Source: Octopus vulgaris (lineage: Eukaryota). Taken from it: a DNA stretch of 64,000 bases. Of this stretch, positions 14,946-28,852 are shown piece after piece. The notes beneath the pieces were generated by a model that was given only the letters and a program-made list of their open reading frames with translations, was not told where the DNA came from and did not search any database. Made by a program: the position numbers and the translations under genes. The DNA is taken from NCBI GenBank assembly GCA_951406725.2, contig OX597816.1:95480001-95544000 (forward strand), in the 5' to 3' direction. Numbering within the stretch: position 1 is the first letter of the stretch; each line of letters opens with the position of its first letter.

Positions 14946-16949
14946 TTTATATGTATATGTGTGTGTGTATTATGTATGTATGTATTTGTATGTGTAACGA
15001 AATAGCTGCTTCTCTGTTTAGATATCGCAATATCTGTTTACTCATCTATACGTATTTGTTTATTTATTCTTTTAGTTTCATAGGAATCTCTAAAGAATAA
15101 GTCTTGCATAGTTATTAGATTTCTTATATACTTCAAAATCGATCATAATATATATTTGATAACAGAAATCGTGAATGAAAAAAAATATCTAAAAAGGATG
15201 TTTCGTCAACATATTGTGTGAATTATCGTCCTAGATCAAATAACATGATTTCCTGACATCTATGATGCTAGTCAAGTAAACTGTTTAATCTTCACTCGAA
15301 TATCTTCGAGCGTGTTATGAAATATTTATTGTGAGCCAACCTCCAACAATATATTCAGCTCAGCATATAGATCCACTTTCCATGAGAACAACATAATATT
15401 GTCTACTAAAATGGACCGTGTGTTTGTAAGAACATGCCGTTAATTACAGCGTGTCGAGTGTTATACCATGAAAATCTTTCTTCAAAAGCCACATTGTTAT
15501 TTACAGTCAGATCTTCAATGAATAGCTTGCATGAATATTTTATTATTGATTTCTTAAATGATAAAACTATTAAAGCAACTTCATTTCGTTAACTGTCTCC
15601 AAGATCTGTATTATTCCGCTTCCTATTTTTGTGTGTATGTGACACTGTTAAATAGATCTTTCAAGTTGGAAGGGGAAGAGTTATACCGAGTGAAGTGGCT
15701 GGTAAAAGGTATGAGGGGGTAAAGGTTACAAAAAGGACAAATATGAAATGCTTCACATGTTTACACAGGTGATATACTGACAAATGTAACAACTTATTAA
15801 AGCGGTTGGGTGACAGACAGGAATATGATTGATGACATGTTAATGGTTGAAGAACGTAGTCTCGAAGTGAACTAAAATTTATTGTTTTTAATTTCTCAAT
15901 CGTTTAACGCATATACCCTCAGAGAAAATAATTGTCGTCTACTAGTTAACGAAAAGTTGACACTTTTATATTTTTTGATTTTTCTACAACTTTACAAGAA
16001 CTGAACCTTCTATATTTGTATATAGATAGTGATAGCAGAAAAGAGCTAACGAAATATCATAACGAAAAGGTTTAGGGAACAGGTAAGACAAGAGGTGAGA
16101 AAAAAAATTAGATTGAGCTGGACAGTAGCAGTTGAGAAGAGAAAATATGAATGAAAATTAATGATAAGAAAGCAGGAATCGCATAGCTGAACTCTACAGC
16201 ATTGGTGAAATGAATATTCTATAAAATCTTTGTGTGATTGCCTTAGTCTGTAGATTTGAAAGATTTTCTTCGAGAAAACAATGCAAAATAGACCTCTTTT
16301 GATTGAAATATTAAGAATCACACTTGTTTCATTAATCTGTTTCATTTAGAACAAAAGTGCTTACAGGTTTAGAGTTGAGGACCTTGTTCGAATGTAAGGC
16401 ACAAACTAACTACACGGCACTTTGCTCTAAAAATAAATATCCACGCTATAGTCAGTCGCATATATTATAGACACTTGGAAAACTTTGCAACACCAACTGA
16501 AAACTGAATGCGTTCAACACTATTTATTAGATGTTGTAGTACTTAATTAAGAACGCCGATTGTAGTTCGTCAGGTAAAATCGATCTTAGTTTCTTGTCGA
16601 AGAATATAACTGGATAATGGATAATCTCAATGTACCACAAAAAAAAAATTTGAACTAAAAATTCCAGTCATACTAGGTGAATTTGTTTTAGTTCACGTAC
16701 TCAGACACAAATATTTCAAAACGCTATATCAGTAGCAGTAAAATGTTGTAAAGTGGATGTCTTTTTTAAACAGCATAATTAATCCTAGAAACCTAGGAAG
16801 AGCTAACATGAATCTAAAACAATGAAAACGGACCCAATGAAACCCGATTGTCATCTTAAAGCCCTCTTAAAATATATCAAGGAAGGCACATGCTTGGCGT
16901 CCCAGTTGCTCGGCAGTAAGTGAATTTCTGTAAAGAAGCACAATGCACC

Positions 16950-18640
16950 GCTACATATTGAATATTCTTCGAAGGGAAGGTGTAATTAAAAACGCTGTTA
17001 AGATCGATAGATCTGCATTTGTATACATTCTTAAAGAAACCATTCCACTGCAAAATTTTTGTGGAACGTTTGCTATACACGCACCATATAAAAATACCAT
17101 TCCAGATTCTTGTATGAAAAATACAACACGAAGAATGAATTTCTAAACCGCGTCCGAGAAGCGATATTGCTCAGTGAAAATACTTACCCAAGATACCGAA
17201 GAATCAATCAGTTCGAATTACAGGGGGATGCCATTTTGTTGACAGTCGTATGCTATCCTTATGAAGAAATTCCATGTGCCTATTTATAGATTTGATAATA
17301 TGGTTCTCAATTAAAAGCATAATAGGTCTTTGAATACGTCTGCTAATATCATGACAATGCATCTATGCAAATAACATGCAATGTTCCTATCAGTACATAG
17401 TAAACTCAGCAACTTCAAGACGATGTAATTTAGTTCTATCGGTGCTGAAAATATGTCTGACCTCCTGAAAGTCATTTGAGGGTTAATGTAGTATTAGGAA
17501 TATAAAATATTTTACATAGTCTATATATTTGTCGTTCATTTTCCAGATCAACAAAGCGTGTATTTTGAAAGCCATACGGCCGATATAGACATTACACTGC
17601 ATGGTTCAAGCTCAACGTTAAAATTCTAAGTTAACGTCAGTACCTATACTTTGAAAATCCTTTATATTGTGTTCAACAACCTGGTACAAAAGTCAAACAG
17701 TTGTTACAAACCGCATGTTTTCGTTGAGTTCGAAAATTTTTATCTTCATCTGCTGCTGCTTGACATTCCAGGAGCAAGAAACGATGAAATTTTGAGAACA
17801 AATTAAAGAGAAATTATGCCAACTTTTAAAGATGCTGGTATTTAGCTAGAACTAGCAATGCATCCCAGCATTTCTCGGGTGCTATGACCTACAAGCACTT
17901 TGAAACATTGAATTATTTGCTCCTTTCTTATGGGCAGAATCGGCACAGCTGATTTGAATACAACACTTCGTAATTTTGGTTCAAATTGAAAGTGTGAAAC
18001 TAATTTTATTTTGTAATGAAACCTGGGCGTTGTAGAGAAGTGCATTTGAAATAACTATAGCTGGCTATTGAGATAACGTAGAAAATATGTAAATGAAAAC
18101 AAAGTTTATTTGACATGTGCAATTGATTTGGTTGTTCTGGAAGGCGGCGAGCTGGCTGAATCGTTAGCATGCCAAGTAAAATGCTTGAGCGGTATTTCGC
18201 CTGTTCAAATGCCGCCGGGGGTCAACTTTGTCTTTCATCCTTTCCGGGTCAATAAATTAAGTACCAGTGTGACACTGTGGTTGATGTAATCGACTGGTCC
18301 CCTCTCCCGAAATTTCAGGCCTTGTGCCTATAGTAGAAATGATTTGATTGTTCTGATCTCAACATCAGTTGGTAAGAATAGAAGTCATTTGATGACACCC
18401 TTTTGTTTGTAATTGGCTATCCTAATGCAGGTTCAAACCGGGGAATATTGAAAAGATACCCATCTTTGCCATTCCACAGAATAAGATTATACTGCAGAGC
18501 ATCATAAGAGGAATGGGTCTGTCAAACACGTTTAAGGTTGTTATCTTGAGCACGAATGTGAATATCATGATTTTCAATGGGATCACCAACCATAAGGATG
18601 GCTAGTTTATTAGATGTGAGCTCATTAAAACAGCGTAAAA
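16950..18640 (+). mobile_element. Helitron Rep/Helicase fossil
   Basis: Colinear motifs TYPRYRR (~17180), VVHFPDQQSVYFE (~17531), TAWFKLN, RQYLYFENP, ENFYLHLLLLDIPGA...ILRT, PTFKDA, then IILQSIIRGMGLSN (~18490; cf. IMLLRN...GLCNGTRL). Interrupted by a SINE. Confidence 0.8.
18141..18339 (+). mobile_element. SINE family B (Deu/Nin-domain-like) with TSD
   Basis: Head ggcggcgagctggc; core ctttcatcctttccgggtcaataaattaagtaccag; 16-bp TSD tgatttg(g/a)ttgttctg at 18124-18139 and 18340-18355. Confidence 0.9.
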
Positions 18641-19989
18641 TGTTCTTTACTATAGTTTACTTTCGACGTAACGAACGCAGAAACACACACACACACACAA
18701 ACACTCATAGAATTGATAATATTGAAAACAACAAAAGCTAAACACATGAAGTTCAAACGAAACGAAATGTAATCAATATAGATGCAAAATATACTTTCTG
18801 TAGCATAGTTAAGCTATAAAAAAAATAGAAAGTCATCAATTTAGCAAAAATTAGTATGCGTCAACAATGTAAGAAAGTACGGAAAGTCAACATTTATTTG
18901 GAACATATACTAAATGTTATATAATTCACGATTGAATGAATGTCACGGTGAAGGAAGTGAAAGTTAAAGAAAATTCAGAAGGCATAATTCAGTTTTACAT
19001 GCAAAAATAATATGTTTTACAATTTTGAAAGGAGCACTGAACCAAGTGTATAAAAAGGAAGATGCTGTTTATGAACTGTGTAACATTATAGGCTGTAGAA
19101 TAAATACTGAGTAATGCAGTAAAAAGGTTGTGCGACGTTGACACTCACAGTGATGAAGAATACAAGAACTGTAAGAAAACAATATCTTGAAACTGGTTAG
19201 ATGGAGTAACATAACATTTCTGTAATTATTTTGAAAGAGCCGCTGAGGTTTTTCTACTTCGCCAAGTTCCCGAATAGTAACCTGAATAATATTTTTTTCA
19301 GATATATTTGCGAGCGTTGTGCGTGGTGTTAAATCAGTCAAATCTTCATATTGGTAGTATTTGACAGTGAACGTTGTTGTTCGTTTAAAGTCCAGGCCGC
19401 AGGTAATCTTTCAATATCAGCGCTTTTCAATCTTGGGGGCGGAGAAGTTACATACATAAAGTAAGAAAGAGAAAGATACACACACACGCACACACACACG
19501 TACATTAAGGTATACATGAATCCTATCTCTATCCCTGTGTGTGTCTATCTCTCTCTTTAGATATATGTGTGTGGGCGTGTGTCAGACGTCAAAGAAATGT
19601 ATGTATACGCTCAGACAGAAACACCGTCATATACATACTTGACAGTCATCGGCCTAACGTACGTAACGAACGCACGAACACATATAGAAAATGTGACGTC
19701 ATCGCCGTTGTGGTGGTGGTGGTGGTGGTAAAAGATGTTTTTTACAATAGATGACTAAAAGAAAAATGATAATGTTAAATTTTCGCAATGCAAATAAGTG
19801 AATGAAAATATAGCTTATTTGGTAGCCAGAAGCTTACTGAATCTTTTGATACCCCAGACGTCAAAAACGGCAACTCGGTTTTGGAATGCATAAGGAACAT
19901 ACGCGCTCACACACACACACATACACACACACATACACACACACACACTCGCACACAGACGAAATCTATTTCATATATATATATATATA

Positions 19990-20140
19990 GATTATTGGAA
20001 AATAGTGGCAAGTTTGAAAATATTTTAGAGGAAGGATCAATATTTAGAAAGCCACCACAACTTAGAATAATGTTGGCAGCTATTTCTGCCTTTTGCAATT
20101 CTTAAAATGGAAATCAACTTTGGAGATCTTTCAAAAAAAA
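19990..20140 (+). mobile_element. Second Helitron fragment
   Basis: LLENSGKFENILEEGSIFRKPPQLRIMLAAISAFCNS*NGNQLWRSFK matches the Helitron GLLEDD.EW...L.EA....P.QLR.LFA.I..FC.P.....LW..FK block. Confidence 0.7.
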
Positions 20141-22499
20141 AAAAAAAAGAAAAGAAAAACACAAATAAACAATTGTAAAATGTTACACAGAGAACAGGAA
20201 CGAGCAGCAGAAACTTTGCTCAGATGACGTGAATAAAGGTTAAACCAGAAATGGAGCAAATTTTTCCGAGATCAGAACTAGCAGGAATGCGGTGGGAATT
20301 TAGGAATATAAAAGAATTAATACTGCAACTTTATTCAGGTGAATTAAATCATAGGGATAATGAAGAAAGACTCATTGCTATTGTAGTTTTAGGTGCTGTT
20401 TTAAGTGTTTCATAAAGATGCTTCCAAAAGAAGCTTATTCAAAGAATATTAGCATTTCCCAACAGGAAAAATATTAATGTTTCAAATGCTCCCTGAAGAG
20501 TTATTGTTACTAAGTTATTGTCAAGAGGTAAAACATTACATAGTTTATATAAAATATCCTTAATCGATATAAACATTTGTACTATATATCCTACCCCTGA
20601 GCAAGAAGGTATCTGAAAGAGTCAAGATTGAATTCTTGTAGATAAAGTATCATGATTACAGTGCCATTTATGATACCGATAAATGCCGTCAAGATACTTA
20701 TGCTATCATTAGCATTTTGAGAGGATATAACTTTCTATTGAGATGGATTTTCATGCAAATGTTATCTATTCTCTCACATGTAATAAAGGCTGCTAGTTTT
20801 GTTATATGCCACCTCTCCAACAGTTTTTCACGTAATACCCCTGAGGTAAGAGTATGGGACCACTGGAAAGAGGATTTTGCAGATTTGTGGCACCCCCACC
20901 TTAGAAAAAGTATTAGCATAGATGATGTTGGTGTATCATCGTCTTCATACAACGAAAAACACTAATTCTATTATTAGGGAATCATCTGAAGACAAGAAGC
21001 GATTATGTGTGATGTCTTCCCATAAGGCCACCAATTGTTGTTATTTAACCGTAGAGATTTTAGAATCACTACGAGGAAATGTCTAAACGCATTGTAGTAT
21101 AGATTTAGTATAGATTTTAGTATAACATTTAGTATAGATTAATGGCTAGCGATAATCAAGCTGATAATGAACGCTACACAATAGAATTATTCAACTCATT
21201 TACTTCATCTAGAATTCCAATAAATTAGTTGTAATGCTATTACGCAAGAGCTTTGTAATAGAACTAGACTTGAAATTGTTAACTTACATCGTAATTACAT
21301 TGAAGAACCTGTTAATAAGTGGTGCTTGGCAAATAGGCGTGCATTATTACTTAAAGTTAAAATGGCACCGAATGATTCAAATAATCGTTATACTTGACAA
21401 TGTACTCAGTTTCGTATGATCTAAACTTGTTCAATGATAATGAATAACCGCAGGATGAAACATTTAATATGATTGGCATTTATTTATCACAACCAGTGTT
21501 TAGTCATGAAGACTTGCATTCTGTAGGCTTACTAAATTAACTGGTATTGTTATGGAATTTAGCGCAATATATATGGAAAAACAAGGGGGAAATCATCACT
21601 AAAATATTGAATGGGAGAATATTAGATTGATGGTACAAATATAAATTGATAATAATGAATGGTATCAGAACGATGCTACTGATAATTAGATTGCTATATC
21701 AGTGTGATATTAATGATAATTATTTATTATTATCATATATAATTAATTATCAGGTACTGAGGCAAAATGAAATAATTCTATTTATGTTCTTATCTATTCC
21801 GTCACAGATAATGAATGTGCTCACTGAAATAGTGAGTGATTGTCCAACTCTATGCCTGCATAATTATATTATCTTCGCTGCTAACAACTGTGGAATGTAT
21901 ACGAGTGCAGCTTACACTACTATTAGTTATCTATATTTATTAATTAATTTCTATTTTGCATTAAGAAATATTGCCTGAAATATTTTGGTGCAAGGGAATA
22001 TTCCTTAAACCAATTTGAAATTACTTGAAGGTTTTATAGGCAATTCTTTGTCTCGGTTATAGATTAAGAGAAAATTTTATTACAAACTTGTCGGGGTGTC
22101 AACGAATATTTCGTATGATTTCTGTCTTGAAGATGTGTACTAAACAAACTTTCTATCAAATTATGAAACTCCATATTAACTGACCGTTTCCTAATTTATA
22201 CACACACATATCACAGAGGAAGAGAGACAGAGACGGAGAAACAGAATTTTAATATCTTTCAAATGTCTAGCACTAGTTTCACAACCTAAAGGATTGTGTA
22301 CGGTTTGGCTTTATGTATGGAATGTAGCCTACTGAAAAGAGTTCAGTCATACCTACGCTCTAGTTGCCAGACTCTCTAGAATTGCTTAAAATTTGAGAAC
22401 AAGCGCGAGATGCAACAACGACAACATCGGCAAATTCGAAAATATAGAGTACGTCAGCGGTAGTAGGTCTTAGTCTAAAATGTAAAGCCTTATTTACAG

Positions 22500-23080
22500 T
22501 AATTAGTTTCATCCATCCATTTTCTGAGGTCTGGTAGCTTGACTTTGTAACATTTCTTGAAATTCTATTGTGTCCTGTCGTGTACAGAGAAAAATATTGC
22601 TACCGAGACTGAATATCTGATGGATTCGTCTTTTCTTAAGTTACCGTGAACCAAAAATCAATGTTAGAAATAATAATCTTCACCAAATTCATATTCTGTT
22701 TGAGCCCCATTTGACTGTTACACAAAATGTTGTTAAGTTAAACTGATAGTTTTTTTTGTTGTTTTGTACTATGTCATTTCTGATCGCGAAAACTTCGAAC
22801 CAAAGATGTTGTAGCCATGGGTCTCTCAGAATTATTTTCAGGCCAATATAATATAGTTTTTCATTACAGTTTTAAAACGGTAAGGTGGAATGTTAAAGAA
22901 ATTTTGAAGCAATTCAATTTTCATGTTTGGTTTCGAGGAAAAGGTTGTACCAACCATCTTCAAAGAGCGATGTTTGTTGTGGCGTCCATCTCAATTGCTC
23001 ATTGCTCTGAAAATGTGGTTGTGTTATGTCATTTTTTAATAACCATTTCTGTTAATCTATCATCTAACCTATATGTACAG
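22500..23080 (-). mobile_element. Possible very old PIF/Harbinger-type DDE fossil
   Basis: Scattered motifs (EYEFGE cf. VEWxFG; terminal LPDLRKW cf. PPxLEEY); barely recognisable. Confidence 0.2.
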
Positions 23081-23581
23081 TGACATTCTAAATGCCAATA
23101 TTTTGAATAGCCTGTGCGAAAGACGAACTTTCCGATACATCATTTCCACCCCACTATTATTAATTATTAGTACACATCACTTTTCCAAGAAAATCAGTAT
23201 CTAATATATATGGAATGTTACAGATTATAGAAAGTGTGGAATACTAGACCAGCAATGCTTTTGTTTAAAATATTACTTTTGGTTAGAATCAAACCATGAC
23301 CTACTTTGATTTGTATTCTGTCCTACTAGTTTAAAAGTTAACTAAGTTAAATTATAGTCTCATCTGAAAGGAAAGTGGTTATGAATCTTCGAGAAGAACT
23401 AATATTTTATATCTGCAGTCTCTTAAAAGCCATATGTTTTATTTTTTACTCGTCATTTAACAGTTTTCATGCCTAAAAATCTCAGCGCTATATAAACATT
23501 ATTTTGTTAAAAATCAATATTTCAAAATTTAAATATTCTATTTTTCAAGAACTGAAGATTCAAAAAGCAGTAAAAAATTAG

Positions 23582-23790
23582 TTCTAAATTAGGCACAAGA
23601 CCACGTGTTCGAAGGCAGAGAAGGGGTTAGTCGACACCATCTACTTAAGTACTACTTTATTTTATCGACTCTGAATAGATAAAAGGCAATGTCGACCTCG
23701 GCAGGCTTTGCATTTATAAGATAAAATGTCGAGGCAACAAAGTAACACATTTTCCGGCACTGTAACGATTCAATTAAAACCAGCATCCTT
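23582..23790 (-). mobile_element. SINE family B, decayed
   Basis: ttttatcgactctgaatagataaaaggcaatgtcgacctcggc matches the reverse complement of the family B core. Confidence 0.75.
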
Positions 23791-24308
23791 TAAGCGTAAT
23801 AAATAATACTTTGTTCTTAAACTAATGGGAAATTACTTGAAGGTTTTACAAGCGTAACATTGTCTTGATAATAGATTCAGAGCAAAATTTTATACAAATT
23901 TATCGACGCAGCAAACATTTTGTATGATATCTATCTTGAAAAGGTGTATCAAACTTCTTTGATATTAAATCATATAACTCCATATTAACTGACCCTGAAA
24001 TATTTTCCGACGTTTTAACGACCCAGCCAAACAACCACCCTTTATTTGTAGCAAGTATTCAGCTGCAATTACATTCTCAGTTCTAATCAAAATATGATAT
24101 ACTTCACCACCGTCTAACCCTCCGCTTAACATGAAATATCATTAATTTACTGTGATCTATTTACCGGTGCCTTTATATTACGGGAAATGGATACTTTAAC
24201 ATTTGAGGTGAAAGACGTTGCGCTTTTTATGAATTTGGCTTGTACTTTTTGTATTGTGAATTCAAATTCCTCCGAGGTTAACATCATGCTTTATTCTTCT
24301 GTTGTCGA

Positions 24309-26608
24309 TGTTGTAGGGAATCAGTAATTATGGCCCACCTTTCTCACGCTACGAATGGAATAACCTAATCACTATAAGTTACCTTCGAAGCATGCTACAG
24401 AAGATAGCAAATCTTCGACAAAGAATGTCAAGACCGGAATGATGAGATGAAAACGCGCTTAATCTTGAGAAAATTAGCGGCAACAGAACATGAATGATAT
24501 AGTAATTATGTACTCCCACTGAAACCTTCTGACATAAACTTTAATGACACAATAGATATATTGTGTAAATTTCTTAGTGAAAAAAAAACTTATTGTTCAA
24601 CACACGTTGAAGTGTATGAACAGAGAGAAAAAACAATGACGAGAACTACAACACATATGCAGGTAGAGTTAAGAAGGAATGCAAAAATTTTAAGCAGAAT
24701 GAATTAACGCCAGATATGGTCAAATGCCTGATTTTTACACAGGGACTTACTGAAAAGGATGCAGAAGTTAGAACTAGAATTCTCGCAAAGCTGCAACAAA
24801 ACCAAGATGTAACCCTACAGCAAGTGTAAGAAGAATGTGAAAGGATAGTCAACTGAGGATACGACATAGAGGAAACTGAACGTAAAGACTGCTTCCAAGT
24901 AAAGCAAGAGATAAAGTTTTTTCTAAATAAACACGAGAAAAATCAGGAAATATACCTATGATTTGCATGTGGAGGTATACACCAGAGGGAAAATTTTCCA
25001 TTTAAAAACGCGGTGTGCTTTCGCTGTGGTAATATAGGACATATGATGACGCACTGTAGAATGATGATGACAAAACGTCAGAACAAAGGAAAAAGAATAG
25101 ATAGTTTGTCATAGGAAGACATTTTTAATATAACGATAAAGAAATTTGTGAAGGAGAAAATCAGGAATACAAGTGTGAAAATGCAGCTGGCTACTGCTAG
25201 TAATATCACCATTATAAATGAAAAGACGTGAAAATATGTCGGTAAACCGAAATTAATTAAATCGAATAAGGTAGCACATGGTGTTATGGGGAAAAGATTA
25301 TTTTTTTCCAGTGAATTCATATGTAATGTAACATTTCGCGGTCAAATGAAAAACAGCAAAGTTATATGCATTAAAAGATTCACTTAATCTACTTGGCGCA
25401 GAGTGGATGGAACTATTCAAAGTATAGAATACGCCCAGAAGTCTTTTATGTGAAAATATAGTCGGTCCAGTCGAAGGTTCGAATGAGAATGAGGGACTGA
25501 AACAAAATAATTGAAGTAAAACAGAGTGTAATACCTGTATGTAAGCCAGAACGAAATAAAAAAAAAATAACCATAATAAAAAGTAAACATTGTTCAAAAG
25601 TAGATGTCCCGTGGTCGAGAATACACATCGATGCTTCTGGTCCTTTAAACGGTTGTTACTACGTATTGATAGTTGATAGTTTCCCGAAATGGTCTGAAAT
25701 TTGTAAGTGTTAAAAACTAACCTCCTATGATAAAATATTTACACGAATTGTTTGCAAGATTTTATATCCCAGACAAGATAGTGTCTGACAAGGGAACGTA
25801 ATTTGTGTCAGATAAAAATTAAAACAAAATTGTGAAACGTTCTCTGTAGAACGTATAACTACGGCACCATCTAATGGCCCGGCAAAACGCTTTGTCGAAA
25901 CCTGCAAAGCACTTAGAAAATCGAATAAGGAAGTCACGGATGAGGTATCTCTACAACAATTCTTAAGAATGTAACATGTGACACCAAATCTGAATACACC
26001 AACAGGTAGATCACCAGCCGAGCTGTTGTTTGCAAGGAAAGTAAAATCAGTCTTTGATAAATTGCTACCAGGCAAGGAAAGAAAATGTGCCAGGAAAAAC
26101 ATAGCAAGATTCTTTAAAGTTGGTGAAAAGATGTGTATGAGGGCATACAAGAATGGAAAGCAGAATTGGGTAGATGGCATAATTACCAAATGCAGAGATA
26201 AAATGATGTATTGGGTAAAAAAAATAGAAAAGGCATACAAAAGAGAAACGGGAAACAACTGAAAAAGAGATTCGTGGAAAGTGAGCCAAAGAAGTTGGAG
26301 AAACCGATGAAATGGTTGTACGATACGTTCCAAGTGCCAACGCCACTGAAGGTGATTGAAACCAAACGTACAAGTGAGAGGAAAAGAAAACATACAGAGT
26401 TCCTGAAAATAGATGCCAAGCGCAAAAAGTATTAAATTTCCCGGATGAAAAACCACAAAAAAGGGAGATGGGAGTAAATAAAAAAAAAATATTGCTAAAT
26501 AAAATGAAACTTCCTAAGGAAAACTTAAAATGGGAGGTTTCGTAGGGAAGTAGTAATAATGGTACACCCCTTCCACGTGACGAATGGAATGACATAGTCC
26601 CTATAAGT
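24309..26608 (+). mobile_element. Decayed Gypsy LTR retrotransposon (Mag/K02A2.6-like) with RT/RNase H deleted
   Basis: LTR starts at 24309-24379 and 26538-26608 align (gtagggaa..agtaat.atgg...acgaatggaat.ac.ta.tc.ctataagt); PPT aacttaaaatgggagg precedes the 3' LTR. Gag KTRLILRKL...YVLPLKPSDINFNDT, knuckle CFRCGNIGHMMTHC, protease VKMQLATASNITIIN, integrase PWSRIHIDASGPLNG...VDSFPKWSE and TGRSPAELLFAR. Confidence 0.92.
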
Positions 26609-26609
26609 A

Positions 26610-28073
26610 AAGAGGGAGGCGGTCAGATATAATCATTTCCACACTAGTTTTTGGAGAGGCAAGTCGATGCCGTCCAATAATGTCATGGTATGTTGGACGG
26701 AAGGTCCGGTTAAGATGCTAGGGGTCTGGTTTGGTCCGGATTTCCAGGTAGAGAAGAAATGGAGAGAAGTCACGAGCAAGGTAACTATCTTAACCCAGAT
26801 TTGGTCTGGAAGGACGTTATTGCTGCTAGGGAGGGCGGAGGTGATGCAGATGTACATAGACTTGTTATCACTTACCACCTGGCCATCGTGCCTTCCCCCG
26901 ATTTGTAAATGAGCAAGTTGGAGCGTTTCTTCCGCTTTTTGTGGAGAGGGGCACCACTTCTAAGTCGCTCTATCTGCTGCCAAAAGCCGTTAAAGGGTGG
27001 ACTAGGGATGCCGTAATTCAAGATGCACAAGTTTTGCGCTAGGTTTAGGCACCTCTAGCTCTACCTGGATGGTGAGCAGGTGTGGTCACCGCTAGTCAAG
27101 TTTTTCTTACCGCAACTGACCTTCCTACGGGGTTTAGGTTCTTGGATCAAGCGGAGACTGAGATTGGCAGCTAGACTGCCGACAGGCAATCACGCTACTC
27201 TCTTGGGAAGGCAATACCGGCGCCTGGAGTTCACTTGCGGACTTCTATAGCGGGTTAGTAGAGTACATGTCAGATGATATCCTGAGGAAGACTCTGGGCT
27301 TCGATAGAAATCAGTTAATCTACATGTTCGAAACAATTTTCGGATCGGGGTATCTGGGCAATAACCAGAAATCTCTGACCTGGTTGTGTTACCGATCTGC
27401 ATTACCTGTTCGAGAAAGGTTATCAAGGTACGGTTGTACCATCCCAGTGACCTGTTTGAGGTGCGGGCGGGACAGTGAAACTGTCCCGCACGCCTTTGTA
27501 CATTGTACGGAAATTAGGGAACTGATAATCTATATCGAACAGCTGTTATCAACGAAAGAAAGAGTACAGCTACCATCAGAATCTATTATTAAGATTGTGC
27601 CGCCCTCCTCCCTGAACAGGGAGAGGAGGGTTTGTTTTCTCTGTGTAGTGGCCATACTGAACTAGTCAGTATGGAGAACACGTGTGAAAGGGATCGCGAT
27701 AGGTATCTTCATCTCCGGCCGGAGGCTGTTTAGTTATTTCAAGTACCACCTCCAAAATAACATCCCTCTGGAGAAGAGATACCTGCCGCATAGTATGTTT
27801 GATAAAAGATGGACGACAGTCGTAAGAAAGTTGCGAGTGAATAGAAATAGCGAAGTATAGCCTTCCAACAACAAAAGCGGATACGTCGGATAACGGCGGT
27901 GAGTTAGTTAACCCAGTGATGCATATACAAAATAGGAATTTTTATTTTTATCGATTTCTGTAAAATTGTTAAATTACCATCCGATTTAATTATATTTGAT
28001 ATATGTGTATGTTCGCTTGTCTATCCTTGTAATATTCCCTATTTGATGGGCCCTGTGTGGCCAATGAAGGAAA
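26610..28073 (+). mobile_element. L1/Tx1-clade LINE, 5'-truncated
   Basis: VKMLGVWFG (post-RT), GGLGMP, zf-RVT CLRCGRDSETVPHAFVHC; 3'UTR ends ggccctgtgtggccaatgaaggaaa. Confidence 0.9.
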
Positions 28074-28113
28074 GTGTGTCTTTACTGGTTTTACTAAGTA
28101 TATTGTATACCGA

Positions 28114-28480
28114 GTGGAGGCGCAATGGCCCAGTGGTTAGGGCAGCGGACTCGCGGTCATAGGATCGCGGTTTCGAATCCCAGACCGGGCGTTGTGAGTG
28201 TTTATTGAGCGAAAACACCTAAGGCTCTACGAGGCTCCGGCAGGGATGGTGGTGATCCCTGCTGTACTCTTTCACCACAACTTTCTCTCACTCTTACTTC
28301 CTGTTTCTGTTGTACCTGTATTTCAAAGGACCGGCCTTGTCACTCTCTGTGTCACGCTGAATATCCCCGAGAACTACGTTAAGGATAAACGTGTCTGTGG
28401 AGTGCTCAGCCACTTACACGTTAATTTCACGAGCAGGCTGTTCCGTTGATCGGATCAACCGGAACCCTCGTCGTCGTAAC
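28114..28480 (+). mobile_element. tRNA-derived SINE, family C (young)
   Basis: A box tggcccagtggtt and B box gtttcgaatccc; closely similar to 51077-51464; flanking direct repeat attgtatac at 28102-28110 and 28481-28489. Confidence 0.93.
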
Positions 28481-28852
28481 ATTGTATACTGAAGTGGGTG
28501 TTATAACAATCCAGTATTTTAAGAATTATAACGGTAGATAAAATGAATTTGTCAGCACTGGTGTCAATACAATCTAGTAATTTCTCGCATCTCAAAATTT
28601 GAAACAGACTTTGGAGAAGAAAATTCCTCCTCAAAATATGCCAATGTAAGAAAACATTATTGTTTGAAAAGCGTCGGTTTGCCTATGAGATGAGAGTGAA
28701 TGGCTATTTATGGTGTAATGCTACGTATCCTACACTGCTTCTTAATAACTTTTCTTGGTTATAATTTTTTCTTATGGTCGGAGATAATGCATTATGACAA
28801 TGCATTATCTTTGCTCGGAAAAATGACAGTAACACTAATATCTAACAGCCAA

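Noticed and set aside
20560-20960. Possible piggyBac transposase remnant (minus strand)
   Set aside because: Only vague similarity; no catalytic motif or TTAA/TIR identified.
28114-28190. tRNA-like sequence (also the heads at 34312, 39049 and 51460)
   Set aside because: These are SINE heads continuing into a repeat body; no complete cloverleaf is supported.
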